DNA of 64,000 nucleotides, taken from contig OY969706.1 of assembly GCA_963702095.1 (NCBI GenBank), positions 2,656,001 to 2,720,000 on the forward strand, given 5' to 3'. The position numbers and the translations under genes are program-made. Source of the DNA: Candidatus Bathyarchaeota archaeon (GTDB lineage: Archaea > Thermoproteota > Bathyarchaeia > Bathyarchaeales > Bathycorpusculaceae). Position 1 is the stretch's first letter. Every line of letters starts with the position of its first letter. Positions 48,120 to 58,144 of the stretch are shown in pieces. The notes beneath the pieces are model-generated. The model did no database searches. It was not told the DNA's origin and saw only the letters and a list, made by a program, of their open reading frames with translations.

Positions 48120-49082
48120 TTGGAAAAACCAGCCTCAACATCGCTTTTAGCTGCCCTAAAAAAGCAAAAGTACCACCTGATCGGCGCTCATTCAGCGGTG
48201 AAGCGGTGCAAGTGGCTTTATGAATCCATAGTTAACAATAGACCTTGTTATAAACAGAAGTTTTACGGCATCCAAAGCCACCGCTGTATCCAGATGACGC
48301 CGTCGCTTTACTATTGTACGCAGCAGTGCCTGTTCTGTTGGCGAGCCCAAAGCGGCGACATGCAACTCCACTGGGATGAGATGCGTAACCCAAACAAGGA
48401 CACGCCAGAAGAAATCGTGGAAGGCTGCTTTAAGGCACAGGAGCGAATCATCTCAGGCTATAAGGGCAACGAGAAAACCGATTGGCGCAAGTTCCAAGAG
48501 GCAATGCGTCCCAAACAGGTCGCCATAAGCCTCACGGGCGAGCCCACCCTCTATGAGCCGCTGGGCGACTTAATCAGCCTCTTCCACCAGAAGGACTTAA
48601 CCACTTTTTTGGTCACCAACGGCAACCTCCCCCAAAAACTCTCCAAACTAAGCCAAGAACCCAGCCAACTCTACGTTTCGCTCTGTGCTCCAAACGAGGA
48701 AGTCTACAACAAAGTCTGTCGCCCCCAGTTTCCAAAGGCATGGAAAAATCTAAATGAGACGCTGGGGGTGCTGCAGAGTTTCCGCTGCCCCACCGCGATC
48801 CGCATGACTATGGTTAAAGACCACAACATGACCGCGGTCGAGGGCTATGCAGCGTTGGTGGAGAAGGCTCAACCCACCTACATCGAAGCCAAAGCCTACA
48901 TGCATATTGGCTTCTCGAATCTGCGTTTGGGCTTTGACCGCATGCCCATGCACGCTGAGGTCAGGGCGTTTGCTGCTCAGTTGGCTGAGGCGACAGGTTA
49001 CAAAATTATCAATGAGGCGCCTGAAAGCCGCGTGGTATTGTTGAGCAAGCTGGATAAGCCGATTCAAGTCGGCAAAACATAA
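48120..49082 (+). CDS. taw1: tRNA 4-demethylwyosine synthase (radical SAM)
   Basis: HSAVK.C.W, CYK.KFYGI.SHRC.QMTP, CxxxCxxCWR and SL.GEPTLY. Confidence 0.93.
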   Translation: MEKPASTSLLAALKKQKYHLIGAHSAVKRCKWLYESIVNNRPCYKQKFYGIQSHRCIQMTPSLYYCTQQCLFCWRAQSGDMQLHWDEMRNPNKDTPEEIVEGCFKAQERIISGYKGNEKTDWRKFQEAMRPKQVAISLTGEPTLYEPLGDLISLFHQKDLTTFLVTNGNLPQKLSKLSQEPSQLYVSLCAPNEEVYNKVCRPQFPKAWKNLNETLGVLQSFRCPTAIRMTMVKDHNMTAVEGYAALVEKAQPTYIEAKAYMHIGFSNLRLGFDRMPMHAEVRAFAAQLAEATGYKIINEAPESRVVLLSKLDKPIQVGKT

Positions 49083-49202
49083 GCCTACAGATTAGACAGC
49101 CATTGATGTATTTTCTATCAATCAAAAAGGTGCTTGTTTGGATAAACTTAAATACTTAATTTTAGCCCTAAATAATTTTAATAACTACCAATCAAGCGGT
49201 AT

Positions 49203-49391
49203 ATGTCTATGGTGAGTGAAGGACGAGGAAGGTTATTCCGAAGAAAAGACGGCAAATACCTAGTTTATCTGCCCAAGGACCTAGCAGAGGACAGCATGTT
49301 TCCCTTTAAAGGCTCAGACACCATCTTCGTCAAAGTAAGCTTCGCGTTGGGCGACGGCAAACTCTTAGTCGAGAAATGGGCAGAAGCCTAG
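49203..49391 (+). CDS. Small AbrB-like hypothetical protein
   Basis: GKYLVYLPKD.A.DS.FPF..; TATA-like AT tract upstream. Confidence 0.6.
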   Translation: MSMVSEGRGRLFRRKDGKYLVYLPKDLAEDSMFPFKGSDTIFVKVSFALGDGKLLVEKWAEA

Positions 49392-49444
49392 TTTTCTAAG
49401 TAACCGAAATAAGCCCCCTCAACAATTCTATTTGTGGTGCCGTT

Positions 49445-50107
49445 TTGTCATCCCTAGAAAACGTTATCCAACAAGTCAAAAACGACCTCATGGCTAAAAA
49501 CAAAATCCGAGAAGACACCCATGAAAGCATGCGCAAAGCCACAAGCCTCTCCAAACAATCGATTCTGCTGCTCCATCAAAACCGCTTTGACGACGCAGAA
49601 AAAATGTTAGCCGAAGCTAAAGAAAGAATCTCCAAACTCCAAAAGCTCGCTGAAAAATGCCCTGAAATCGTCTACGGAGGCATGTTTAGCGCTGCTTTGC
49701 AGGAGTACTCTGAAGCCAACATACTACTGGTCTTAGTTAAGGAAAACCGCTTCGTTACCCCAGCCGAAATAGCTGTGCCCTCGGTAGATTACGTTCTTGG
49801 ATTGGCGGATGTCATCGGCGAGTACAGGCGACTGGCGCTGGATTACCTGCGTGAGGGCGAAGTGGAGAAAGGTGTGGAGTGCCTTGAAGTTATGGATCAA
49901 ATCTTCATCCAGCTCTTGGCATTAGACGAAGCTTACATGTTGGTTCCTGGGCTACGGCATAAATCCGACATTGCCCGCCGCATCATCGAAACAACCCGCG
50001 GAGACATCACCGTTGAAGTGCGGCGCAAATCACTGGAGGATTACCTCAAAAAGTATCAGCCTCCTAAACCCAGAAGCACCCGTAAAACTGCGAAGGGTAA
50101 AGAGTGA
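49445..50107 (+). CDS. Translin/TRAX family protein
   Basis: A.QEY.EA, Y.LGL.D..GE.RR, LR.K.D..R. Confidence 0.88.
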   Translation: MSSLENVIQQVKNDLMAKNKIREDTHESMRKATSLSKQSILLLHQNRFDDAEKMLAEAKERISKLQKLAEKCPEIVYGGMFSAALQEYSEANILLVLVKENRFVTPAEIAVPSVDYVLGLADVIGEYRRLALDYLREGEVEKGVECLEVMDQIFIQLLALDEAYMLVPGLRHKSDIARRIIETTRGDITVEVRRKSLEDYLKKYQPPKPRSTRKTAKGKE

Positions 50108-50108
50108 T

Positions 50109-50771
50109 TTGCCCAAGCTTTCAGCGAATTTTTCAGTAAAAAAAGCCCACGACACCCAACTGCGCCTATCCAAACTGGTTATCCGCCAAGACAGGCTGCC
50201 TAAAGAAATCCGTTCGGTGGGCGGGGTGGATGTTTCTTACGTGGACGACGTGGGTGTGGGGTCAGTTACGGTGATCGATTATGGTTCACTTGAGCTTTTG
50301 GAGTCGACGGTTGCAACTTGCCCCGTTAAGATGCCGTATGTGCCCACGTTGCTGTCGTTTCGGGAGATTCCGCCGGCGATAGCGGCGATTAAGCGACTAA
50401 TACGGCAGCCTGATGTTTTCCTCGTAGACGCTCAGGGTTGGGCGCATCCTTACCGATGTGGCTTCGCCAGCCATTTGGGCTTAGCCATCAAGAAACCCAC
50501 TGTTGGAGCGGCAAAGAGTAGACTCATCGGCAAACCCACCGAAGCAGACGGCAAAACACTGCTAATGGATAAGGAGGAAGCCATCGGCGAAGTAGTCACC
50601 ACCAAACAGGGTTGCAAACCCGTCTACGTCAGCGTGGGCCACATGGTTTCGCTGGAAACAGCCGTGGAAATCGTGCGGCACTGCTCCAAAAGCCGCATCC
50701 CCGAGCCGCTCCGTTTAGCGCATAACTTGGCCACCAAAACACGCCTTGAACTCGCGGGGAAGGCAAAGTAA
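50109..50771 (+). CDS. nfi: Endonuclease V
   Basis: GGVDVSY, PY.P.LL.FRE, VD.QG.AHP, AKSRL and YVS.GH. Confidence 0.93.
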   Translation: MPKLSANFSVKKAHDTQLRLSKLVIRQDRLPKEIRSVGGVDVSYVDDVGVGSVTVIDYGSLELLESTVATCPVKMPYVPTLLSFREIPPAIAAIKRLIRQPDVFLVDAQGWAHPYRCGFASHLGLAIKKPTVGAAKSRLIGKPTEADGKTLLMDKEEAIGEVVTTKQGCKPVYVSVGHMVSLETAVEIVRHCSKSRIPEPLRLAHNLATKTRLELAGKAK

Positions 50772-50813
50772 ATATCCCAAAAAACACTAATTAGCGCTTA
50801 GGCGTGATATGGC

Positions 50814-51164
50814 ATGGCAGAAGAAGTTAAGCAAACCGAAGAAATTACCTTTGACTACTTCGAAAAAATCGATTTGCGAGTCGGCAAAATCATCGAGGCA
50901 TCTGTGGTTCCTGAAAGCAAAAAACTTCTCAGAATCCAAGTGGACTTCGGCACCGAACAACGCCAATGCATTGCAGGGCTATTGAAATACTACAAGCCTG
51001 AAGAGTTGATTGGTAAAAAATGCGTATTTTTGCTTAACTTGCAGCGGCGTATGCTGGCGGGGCTTGAGTCTCAGGCTATGATACTAGCCGCTGAAGACGC
51101 AGCAGGCAACGTAACGGTTCTGCAGCCTGAGAAGGATATTGCTGAAGGCAGCAAAATAGGCTAA
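50814..51164 (+). CDS. tRNA-binding OB-fold protein (Trbp111/MetRS C-terminal-like)
   Basis: F.K.DLRVGKI, KLL...VD.G, NL..R...G.ESQ.MILA. Confidence 0.88.
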   Translation: MAEEVKQTEEITFDYFEKIDLRVGKIIEASVVPESKKLLRIQVDFGTEQRQCIAGLLKYYKPEELIGKKCVFLLNLQRRMLAGLESQAMILAAEDAAGNVTVLQPEKDIAEGSKIG

Positions 51165-51165
51165 A

Positions 51166-51321
51166 ATGAACAAAACAAACTTTTTTCGAGAGGGCTCTAA
51201 AGTGCCCAAAAAAGAAGTGGAAGAGTTAAAAGAAGAAATAAACAGGCTAAAGCCGATACTTGAGAAAACAAGCATTGATGACGTAGTGAAGAACATAAAG
51301 GAAGACAGGGACAGCCGATGA
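51166..51321 (+). pseudogene. Orphan VapB-like antitoxin remnant
   Basis: ...LKPILEKTSIDDVVKNIKEDRDSR C-terminus typical of archaeal VapB; no PIN gene follows. Confidence 0.4.
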
Positions 51322-51329
51322 CAGCCCTG

Positions 51330-52278
51330 TCAATAGCGTCTGTCATTCCATCGGCAACCTTTACTGAAGTTAGTACAACCCCTATACCGTTCGCCTGTTT
51401 TTTGAGCAATACGCCAAACGAGTTTACCACCACAAACTGGGCAGTTACCAGCATCTTCATTTGAACTACTTATCTTCATTCGATGGTCTATCACATTTAC
51501 GATGAACTTCTCCTTATGGGCAAAGAAGAGAGGCAGATCATAAAGCTCGGTACTGCCCAGTGCAGAAAATTTGAGCGACTAATTTGCTTGCGTTGATTAA
51601 GCTGCTTATTTCGGTGCCTACGTTTTGAGCTAATCCGAGTTCTTGGAGCGCTTCGCGGACATGGCTGTCGGAAATACAGCATATTGCGGGGTGAAACTGG
51701 AACTGCCCGGCTTCTTTAAACTGTATTCTAAGCTCTCGGAATACAAGAAATAGTTTTACTTTAAGGTAAGCGTCGCCTGCATATCTTCTTGGGCTTCCAT
51801 TGAAGAGACTGCTGAGTTGCATTAGCCTGCTGGTATCGTTGTCCAGTACTCCAGCCCCCGAAAGGTATAAAATACATTTTATTTCGCGCCAAACAGACCC
51901 TTGAACACAATCGCCGTTTGCGATATAATCAAGCAGATTAAAAATCGCCGAATTTCCTATTTCACTACTTGCGAGTATTCTTAATTCATTATTAAGCTTT
52001 GGATCATTTTTCGCTTGTCTGAAATTCTCAATTGTGTACTTGTCTTTTATCGCTTGAAAAGCTTCGATACCTCTGTTTGTGCGGAGTGTTGGCTTATTAT
52101 TCCACAGGGACGCCAGTACAAACAGATGGAACAATCCATCTTCATCTATATCACCGTTTTTTTGCAATTCAATGCCAAGTAGGCTAGCCCAAGATTTTAG
52201 ACTGTTTTTATCAACAAATTCGCTATGTTCTTTGACGAACCATTCTGTTATTTCTCTACCGATTACTTCTGGGTTCAC
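51330..52278 (-). CDS. Uncharacterised protein with C-terminal topoisomerase-type C4 zinc finger; probable frameshift near 51549
   Basis: 246-aa ORF continues in the next frame as ELYDLPLFFAH...CPVCGGKLVWRIAQKTGERYRGCTNFSKGCRW, stop at 51330-51332. Confidence 0.65.
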
Positions 52279-52356
52279 AGGTTTTTCCTCTCCTAGGAGT
52301 TATAGCCAACTAAAGAGTTAAATGCTTGTTCTTTAACACATTTAACTTGATAAAGC

Positions 52357-53178
52357 TTGCAGAAAAAAACGGTTTTTCCCAGAGACATTGTTCACATCAT
52401 TCCTTTGGGTCATGAGATAGATCGTGCAACGAAGGTATTTGATATTGCAAAGGCAAACCGCGCTTACATCTTAGCAACCATGGATACCTTTGGAAAACAC
52501 TCCGAAGCACTAGTTAAAGAACAAAAGTATTATACCGAAGAGGTTGTCCGAAAACTAGCGAAGAAAGGAATCGATATTATTGTCAAAAACGTCGATATGT
52601 TTGAAACCTCAGAGGTAATTCGTCAGCTCTCGGCAATTATTATCAGAGAAAAAGAAAGGAACAGCGATATTTCGATAAATATTTCCAGTGCAGGAAGATT
52701 AACTGCCGCTTTAGCTACGCTTGTGGCAATGGCGCATAAAGTAGACGCTTATTATCTAGAGGCAACCGCTTATCCTGAACGTCAGGAAGATCGAAAGATA
52801 CATGGATTAAGCATCTGTGATAGCTCCAAGATAAAATCTATTGAAAGCCTTCCAGTTGAGCTTCCCTTGCCACAAGAAATGGCAGTTCTAAAAGCTCTAA
52901 GCCAAAAATCGCCATTGAAACCCTACGAATTAATCCTATACCTAGCAAGAAACAATTTTCCGGGTTATCGAGAGCACGTACAGAGACTGGAAAAGGGCAT
53001 TCGCCGAAGCGACAAAGATTACGACGGAGTCTTGATTCCTTGCATGATGAAACTTAATAAGGGAATTTTAGAGAAACTAAAAACGAAAGGATATATTACC
53101 CGAGAAAAAGTTGGAAACAATAACTTAGTCGTACTACAGGAACCTGGAAGATTTGTAGCCTACTTTGCAGGCGACTAA
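52357..53178 (+). CDS. DUF6293/CARF-like Rossmann domain plus winged-helix regulator
   Basis: VHIIPLGHEIDR, INISSAGRL.A......AM, Y.....Y and C-terminal wHTH (LEKL...GYI). Confidence 0.7.
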   Translation: MQKKTVFPRDIVHIIPLGHEIDRATKVFDIAKANRAYILATMDTFGKHSEALVKEQKYYTEEVVRKLAKKGIDIIVKNVDMFETSEVIRQLSAIIIREKERNSDISINISSAGRLTAALATLVAMAHKVDAYYLEATAYPERQEDRKIHGLSICDSSKIKSIESLPVELPLPQEMAVLKALSQKSPLKPYELILYLARNNFPGYREHVQRLEKGIRRSDKDYDGVLIPCMMKLNKGILEKLKTKGYITREKVGNNNLVVLQEPGRFVAYFAGD

Positions 53179-53254
53179 TAGAACGTGTTTATGCAAGCGA
53201 CTATAAAAAAGAGGTTTTTATATCGTTGCTGCATGATTTTAATGCAACGCGTTA

Positions 53255-53375
53255 TAGCTTGCACAACCAGCCTGCAACCCAAACCAGACCCTGATGCCAA
53301 AAAGCAATTTTCTGCACAGCCAATTAGTTGTTGTTGTGTATAGGCGCTTTCCGCCAACAACAACTGATGAAAAAC
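53255..53375 (-). repeat. Dispersed repeat copy G
   Basis: CACAACCAGCCTGCAACCC...CCAAAAAGCAAT...GTTGTTGTGTATAGG. Confidence 0.7.
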
Positions 53376-53460
53376 ACCTAAATCCAGCCCTATTCCTACA
53401 GAAAAGTTAAATTAATTATGGCAAAGGATAATGTACTAACTGTTTGTGGAAGGTAACTTT

Positions 53461-54468
53461 ATGGCAGCATCCGAAGAAACACTTATGTGGGTTGAGAAGT
53501 ACCGACCCAGAACCCTCGACGAAGTCGTCGGTTTAAAAGACATCGTGGAAAGCCTCAAAGCATTCATGAGAAACCCCAAAACCATGCCTCACCTCATGTT
53601 CGCCGGGGTTCCAGGCACAGGAAAAACTACCCTTGCCCTAGCCATCGCCCACACACTCTACGGCGACAACTGGCGCAGCTTCACCCTCGAACTTAATGCC
53701 TCCGACGAGCGTGGCATCGACACCGTCCGCGACCGTATCAAAGACTTCAGCCGATACAGCAGAGGGGCCTTCGGAAACGTTCCCTTCTCCCTAATCATAC
53801 TCGACGAATGCGACCAAATGACTGGTCCAGCGCAGACCGCGTTGCGCCGCATCATGGAAGTCGGCAGCCGCACCTCAAGGTTCATCCTCATCTGTAACCA
53901 AAGCAGCAAAATCATCGAGCCCATCCAGAGCCGATGTGCCATATTCCGGTTCTCACGCGTCGACCGCCAAGCAATGAAAGACCACCTGATCTGCATCGCA
54001 AAAAAAGAAAAAATCACGTTACTGCCTGAAGCGGCTGAGCGCATTGTGGACTTCTCCGAGGGCGACCTAAGACACGCCATAAACGCCCTGCAAACCGCCT
54101 CAGCCTACAAGGAAGGCTACGTAGACGAGAAAACCGTTTCTTTGGTCATCGGCGAAGCCAGCCCAATGCAAGTCCAAAAAATGATCCGCAAAGCCCTCTA
54201 CGGCGACTTTATGGAAGCACGCAAAACCATGTATGACATCATGGGTTCCTACGGGTTCTCAGGCACAGAAATCATCCGTCAGATACAGCGGGAAATCTTT
54301 AAGATGTCGGATTTGACGCCTGAACAGAAAGCCGAGCTCTCAGGAGTAATCGGCGAATACGATTTCCGCTTAACAGAGGGCGCAAACAGCGACATCCAAC
54401 TCAGCGCGCTTCTCGCCCAGTTCGCCAAGTTTGGAAAAGGTATAGAGGAAAACTATGCAGCGCAGTGA
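53461..54468 (+). CDS. rfcS: Replication factor C small subunit
   Basis: WVEKYRP, GTGKTT, ELNASDERGI, LDE.D, ALRR.ME and SRC. Confidence 0.96.
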   Translation: MAASEETLMWVEKYRPRTLDEVVGLKDIVESLKAFMRNPKTMPHLMFAGVPGTGKTTLALAIAHTLYGDNWRSFTLELNASDERGIDTVRDRIKDFSRYSRGAFGNVPFSLIILDECDQMTGPAQTALRRIMEVGSRTSRFILICNQSSKIIEPIQSRCAIFRFSRVDRQAMKDHLICIAKKEKITLLPEAAERIVDFSEGDLRHAINALQTASAYKEGYVDEKTVSLVIGEASPMQVQKMIRKALYGDFMEARKTMYDIMGSYGFSGTEIIRQIQREIFKMSDLTPEQKAELSGVIGEYDFRLTEGANSDIQLSALLAQFAKFGKGIEENYAAQ

Positions 54469-55693
54469 CCTGCTCTGGGTTGAAAAGTATCGCCCGCAAA
54501 AAATCGAGGACATAACAGGCAACGACGAAGCTAAAGCCCTGTTTTTGGAGTGGCTCAAAAACAAACGGCACACAAAAAAAGCGGTGCTGCTCTATGGACC
54601 AGCAGGAGTAGGCAAAACTACGCTGGTTTTAGCTGCCGCCAAAGAGTTAGGTTTCACCGTCATCGAGATGAACGCCAGCGACACCCGCAACGAGAAAGCA
54701 ATCAACGCCATTGCCAAACCCGCCACCTCCTACAAGGCACTGGACAATTTTTCAGGTTCCCCTCAGACAGGCGGCAACGTTTTGTTCCTCGACGAAGTAG
54801 ACGGCATCGCAGGCAACGAAGACCGTGGCGGAGTCAGCGCCATCTTAAAAATCGTTGAGGACTCACTGGTGCCGGTGATTATGGCGGCTAACGACCCCGA
54901 AATTGAGAAGTTGCGGCCTCTAAAGAAAATCTGTTTGCTGGTTCGGTTCCAACAAGTCCGCATCCCACTCATCATCGCGCTATTGCAGAAAATCTGTCTT
55001 TTGGAGCATATTAGAGCCGAGTTTGAAGCGCTCGAACGCATCGCCCAGAACAGCAAAGGCGACGTCCGCTCAGCAATAAACGATTTGCAGAGCCTAAGTG
55101 AAGAAAACCACACCTTAACGTTGCAGGACACTATGATGCTTAGCAGCCGCAACAAAGACATAAGCATGGACGACACGCTCCGCGGCTACTTCACCGCTGA
55201 GTCCATCGCCCAAGCCTCAAGCCTGCTAAGCTACTCTAGCGTAGACTACGACGACTTCTTGCTCTCTGTCAGCGACAACTTGCCCAAACGTTACACCGAC
55301 GCGGTGGAGCTTGCCGAAGCCTACGAGTACTTGTCGCAAGCTGACCTCTTCAGAGGCAGAGTCGGCATCGAAAACTGGCATCTGCTCAAATACTTCTACA
55401 ACGCCCTATCCGAAGCCGCCGCAGTCAACCCAAAATCCTACAAGCCTTTCACCTTCATCACGCCGCCAATCCGCATAATCACCTTGTTCTGGACCAAAGC
55501 CAAACGCAATACCCTCGATGCCATATGCGGCAAAATCGGCGCCAAATGCCATGTCTCACATGCCCTCGCCAAAGAAAGCTACGTGCCCTACATCAAATTG
55601 ATACTGCAGAAGAAACGCAGCAGCCCCCTAGCGGCGTGGTTTGAGTTTACGCCTGAAGAAGTGGATTTCTTGGTTAAAATGGGCAGGTTCTGA
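54455..55693 (+). CDS. rfcL: Replication factor C large subunit
   Basis: WVEKYRP, GPAGVGKT, EMNASD.R, DEVDG and GD.RSAINDL. Confidence 0.94.
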   Translation: MQRSDLLWVEKYRPQKIEDITGNDEAKALFLEWLKNKRHTKKAVLLYGPAGVGKTTLVLAAAKELGFTVIEMNASDTRNEKAINAIAKPATSYKALDNFSGSPQTGGNVLFLDEVDGIAGNEDRGGVSAILKIVEDSLVPVIMAANDPEIEKLRPLKKICLLVRFQQVRIPLIIALLQKICLLEHIRAEFEALERIAQNSKGDVRSAINDLQSLSEENHTLTLQDTMMLSSRNKDISMDDTLRGYFTAESIAQASSLLSYSSVDYDDFLLSVSDNLPKRYTDAVELAEAYEYLSQADLFRGRVGIENWHLLKYFYNALSEAAAVNPKSYKPFTFITPPIRIITLFWTKAKRNTLDAICGKIGAKCHVSHALAKESYVPYIKLILQKKRSSPLAAWFEFTPEEVDFLVKMGRF

Positions 55694-56037
55694 TGGGTAT
55701 GACGATTGTTTTGAACGGCAAAGGCTTCAAGCTTCCTCGGCTGGAGAAAGAAAAATTCCTCAACCTGATGCATCTGGGTTTAGACTACAACCGAGACACC
55801 GGATTATTCTCTATCAAAAGCTACAATAACATCGAAAAAGTCATCGAAACTGTAGGCGACATCTTAGGCGACGAAGTGATCTTCCAGCAGACCTGCATCC
55901 GCTGCGGCAGAAGCTTCGGCTGCAAAGAATGCAGCTACATTGAACTCTGCACCACAAAGAATTTGCCGTTTAGCTGTGTGTGTCCCCAGTGTCTGCGTGA
56001 CAGAAAAAACTTTGAACAGTATCTTACAAGGTTCTGA
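55693..56037 (+). CDS. Cys-rich hypothetical protein coupled to rfcL
   Basis: CxxC, CxxC and C...CxCxxC; TGATG overlap. Confidence 0.7.
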   Translation: MGMTIVLNGKGFKLPRLEKEKFLNLMHLGLDYNRDTGLFSIKSYNNIEKVIETVGDILGDEVIFQQTCIRCGRSFGCKECSYIELCTTKNLPFSCVCPQCLRDRKNFEQYLTRF

Positions 56038-56052
56038 TTGGCTACTGCTTGA

Positions 56053-56225
56053 ATCGGTAGATCAAAAAGTCGTGTTCTATTTGAGGTTGGCTCCACAACC
56101 AGTCTGTAACGCCTCTGGAAGCCTGAACCCAAAAAGCAATCCGCAACCATATCCGCTGGAAGATGATGAGTAAGGGAGGCTTCTCCTTCTTCTAACACTA
56201 AAAAAGCAGAGATAGGAAAGTCAGT
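56053..56225 (-). repeat. Dispersed repeat copy H
   Basis: CGGTAGATCAAAA end; CCACAACCAGTC...CCAAAAAGCAAT...CCGCTGGAAGATGATGAGTAAGGG. Confidence 0.78.
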
Positions 56226-56313
56226 GAAAGCAGCACAACCGCTGTATACAAAAGCATCGCCCGACCACGCAAAAACCACCTTAGATACTCTTATTTAACC
56301 AGCCTCGTTTAGC

Positions 56314-57864
56314 TTGATGGAGCAATCACCTTTGACAAGCAACATCGAATCAGCATACAGGGAACTTTTAGCTAAAAACAAAGACACAACAGTCCTCGGC
56401 ACGGCAGAGGGCATAATCCACTGGGACATGGAAACCATGATACCGCCCAAAGCCATCAACCAACGCAGCGAACAACTTGCATTGCTCAGCCGCATACATC
56501 ACAAACTGGGCACTGACCCTCAAATCGGCAAACTCTTAGGCACAATCCAAACCAGCCCAGAATACAGCAATTTTGGGCAAGTGGAAAAACGCAACCTCTA
56601 CCTCATCGACAAAGACTTCCGTGAACAAACCGCGTTGCCAGAGCGGTTGGTCGGGGAGTTGGCGATGCAGGAAGCCATCACCGTGAACGCTTGGAAGAAG
56701 GCGAAGGCAAAAAAGGAGTTCAACCTCTACAAAGCCGACCTGCAGAAGCTATTTGACCTAAGCATGGAAGCTGCGGAAATCCTCATGAAAGTCAAAGAAG
56801 TCAAAACACCCTATGAAGCTTTGATCGATAATTTTGAGCCGCAAATGTCGGTGGAAACCATCACCAAAACCTTCACCACCTTGCTATCTGGGCTTAAACC
56901 GCTGATCAGCAAGATCGAGGCTGCACAAACCCCATCCGCCCCCAACACACTCAACCACACCGTGCCAGTGGAAACCCAACGCAGAATCACCCAACTCGTA
57001 ACCCAAACACTGGGCTATGATACCGCTTCACCCGTGGCAGGCGGCAGAGTAGACGAAACCGAACACCCCTTCACAACAGGCTACTACGACGATGTCCGCA
57101 TAACCACACATTACTACCCAAACAATTTTGCCAGTTCCCTGTTTTCAGTGCTCCACGAGTCAGGACACGCCATCTACGAGCAAAACCTCCCAGAGAAATG
57201 GATGTACCAGCCCGTTGGCTCCACATGCAGCTATGGAGTTCACGAGTCGCAGTCACGTTTCTACGAGAACCTAATCGGACGTTCAGAAGAGTTCTGGACG
57301 GGTTTTCTCCCAAAAGCTAAGCAGGCAGCACCTAGCTTAAGCGAGATGCAACTGGAACCCTTCATGCAGGCAGTGAATAGGGTTGAGCGCTCGAAAATCC
57401 GCATAGAAGCCGACGAAGTCACCTACAGCATCCACATCATCATCCGCTTCGAGTTAGAACGCGACCTCTTTGGGGGCAAAATACGAATCGATGAGTTGCC
57501 GGCGGTTTGGAACCAAAAGTACGCTGATTACCTTGGCGTTAAGGTAGAGGATGATTCAGAAGGCGTTATGCAGGATACTCATTGGGCAAGTGGACTCTAC
57601 GGTTACTTCCCAAGCTATGCGTTGGGCAATATTTATGATGGGCAAATCAACACCGCCCTAGCCAAGGCATTGCCAGACGGGCAAAGCCAACTCTGTGAGG
57701 GAAAACTCGGCGAAGTCAACTTGTGGCTTAAAGAAAACATCCACCAAAGAGGAAACCTCTATGACCCCCAAGAACTCATAAAACTGGCAACCGGAGTAGG
57801 CTTGGATTCAGCGCCGTTTATCGACTACCTCAACAGGAAATATGGCAAGCTTTATGGTTTCTGA
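56314..57864 (+). CDS. Carboxypeptidase M32 (Taq-type)
   Basis: HPF, HESGHA.YEQ, HESQS, IRIEADE and YFP.Y.LG. Confidence 0.94.
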   Translation: MMEQSPLTSNIESAYRELLAKNKDTTVLGTAEGIIHWDMETMIPPKAINQRSEQLALLSRIHHKLGTDPQIGKLLGTIQTSPEYSNFGQVEKRNLYLIDKDFREQTALPERLVGELAMQEAITVNAWKKAKAKKEFNLYKADLQKLFDLSMEAAEILMKVKEVKTPYEALIDNFEPQMSVETITKTFTTLLSGLKPLISKIEAAQTPSAPNTLNHTVPVETQRRITQLVTQTLGYDTASPVAGGRVDETEHPFTTGYYDDVRITTHYYPNNFASSLFSVLHESGHAIYEQNLPEKWMYQPVGSTCSYGVHESQSRFYENLIGRSEEFWTGFLPKAKQAAPSLSEMQLEPFMQAVNRVERSKIRIEADEVTYSIHIIIRFELERDLFGGKIRIDELPAVWNQKYADYLGVKVEDDSEGVMQDTHWASGLYGYFPSYALGNIYDGQINTALAKALPDGQSQLCEGKLGEVNLWLKENIHQRGNLYDPQELIKLATGVGLDSAPFIDYLNRKYGKLYGF

Positions 57865-58049
57865 GGTGCGATAGTTTGTTTTTTGGTTAGTTCCTTGTAG
57901 ATGTAGAGTATGAAGTAGGCTGCGATGGAGCCGATGAAGAGGTAGATGCCAGTGTAGCCAACGATTGCGTTGTAAGTGTTGGCGCCGTAGAGGAAAAGCA
58001 GAAACCCAGCGATGAAAACAGATAGAAGGGTCCAGTCAGTCCATGACAT
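57852..58049 (-). CDS. Small 2-TM membrane protein
   Basis: MSWTDW... two hydrophobic helices. Confidence 0.6.
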   Translation of the reverse strand: MSWTDWTLLSVFIAGFLLFLYGANTYNAIVGYTGIYLFIGSIAAYFILYIYKELTKKQTIAPQKP

Positions 58050-58144
58050 CAAAGTTCCTCTCTCAATAAAGGCATTCAATGAGAAACTGGGGATATAAAG
58101 ATTCAGGGAAAAAAGCGTTTAAAACTACGCTACAGAGAAAGATG

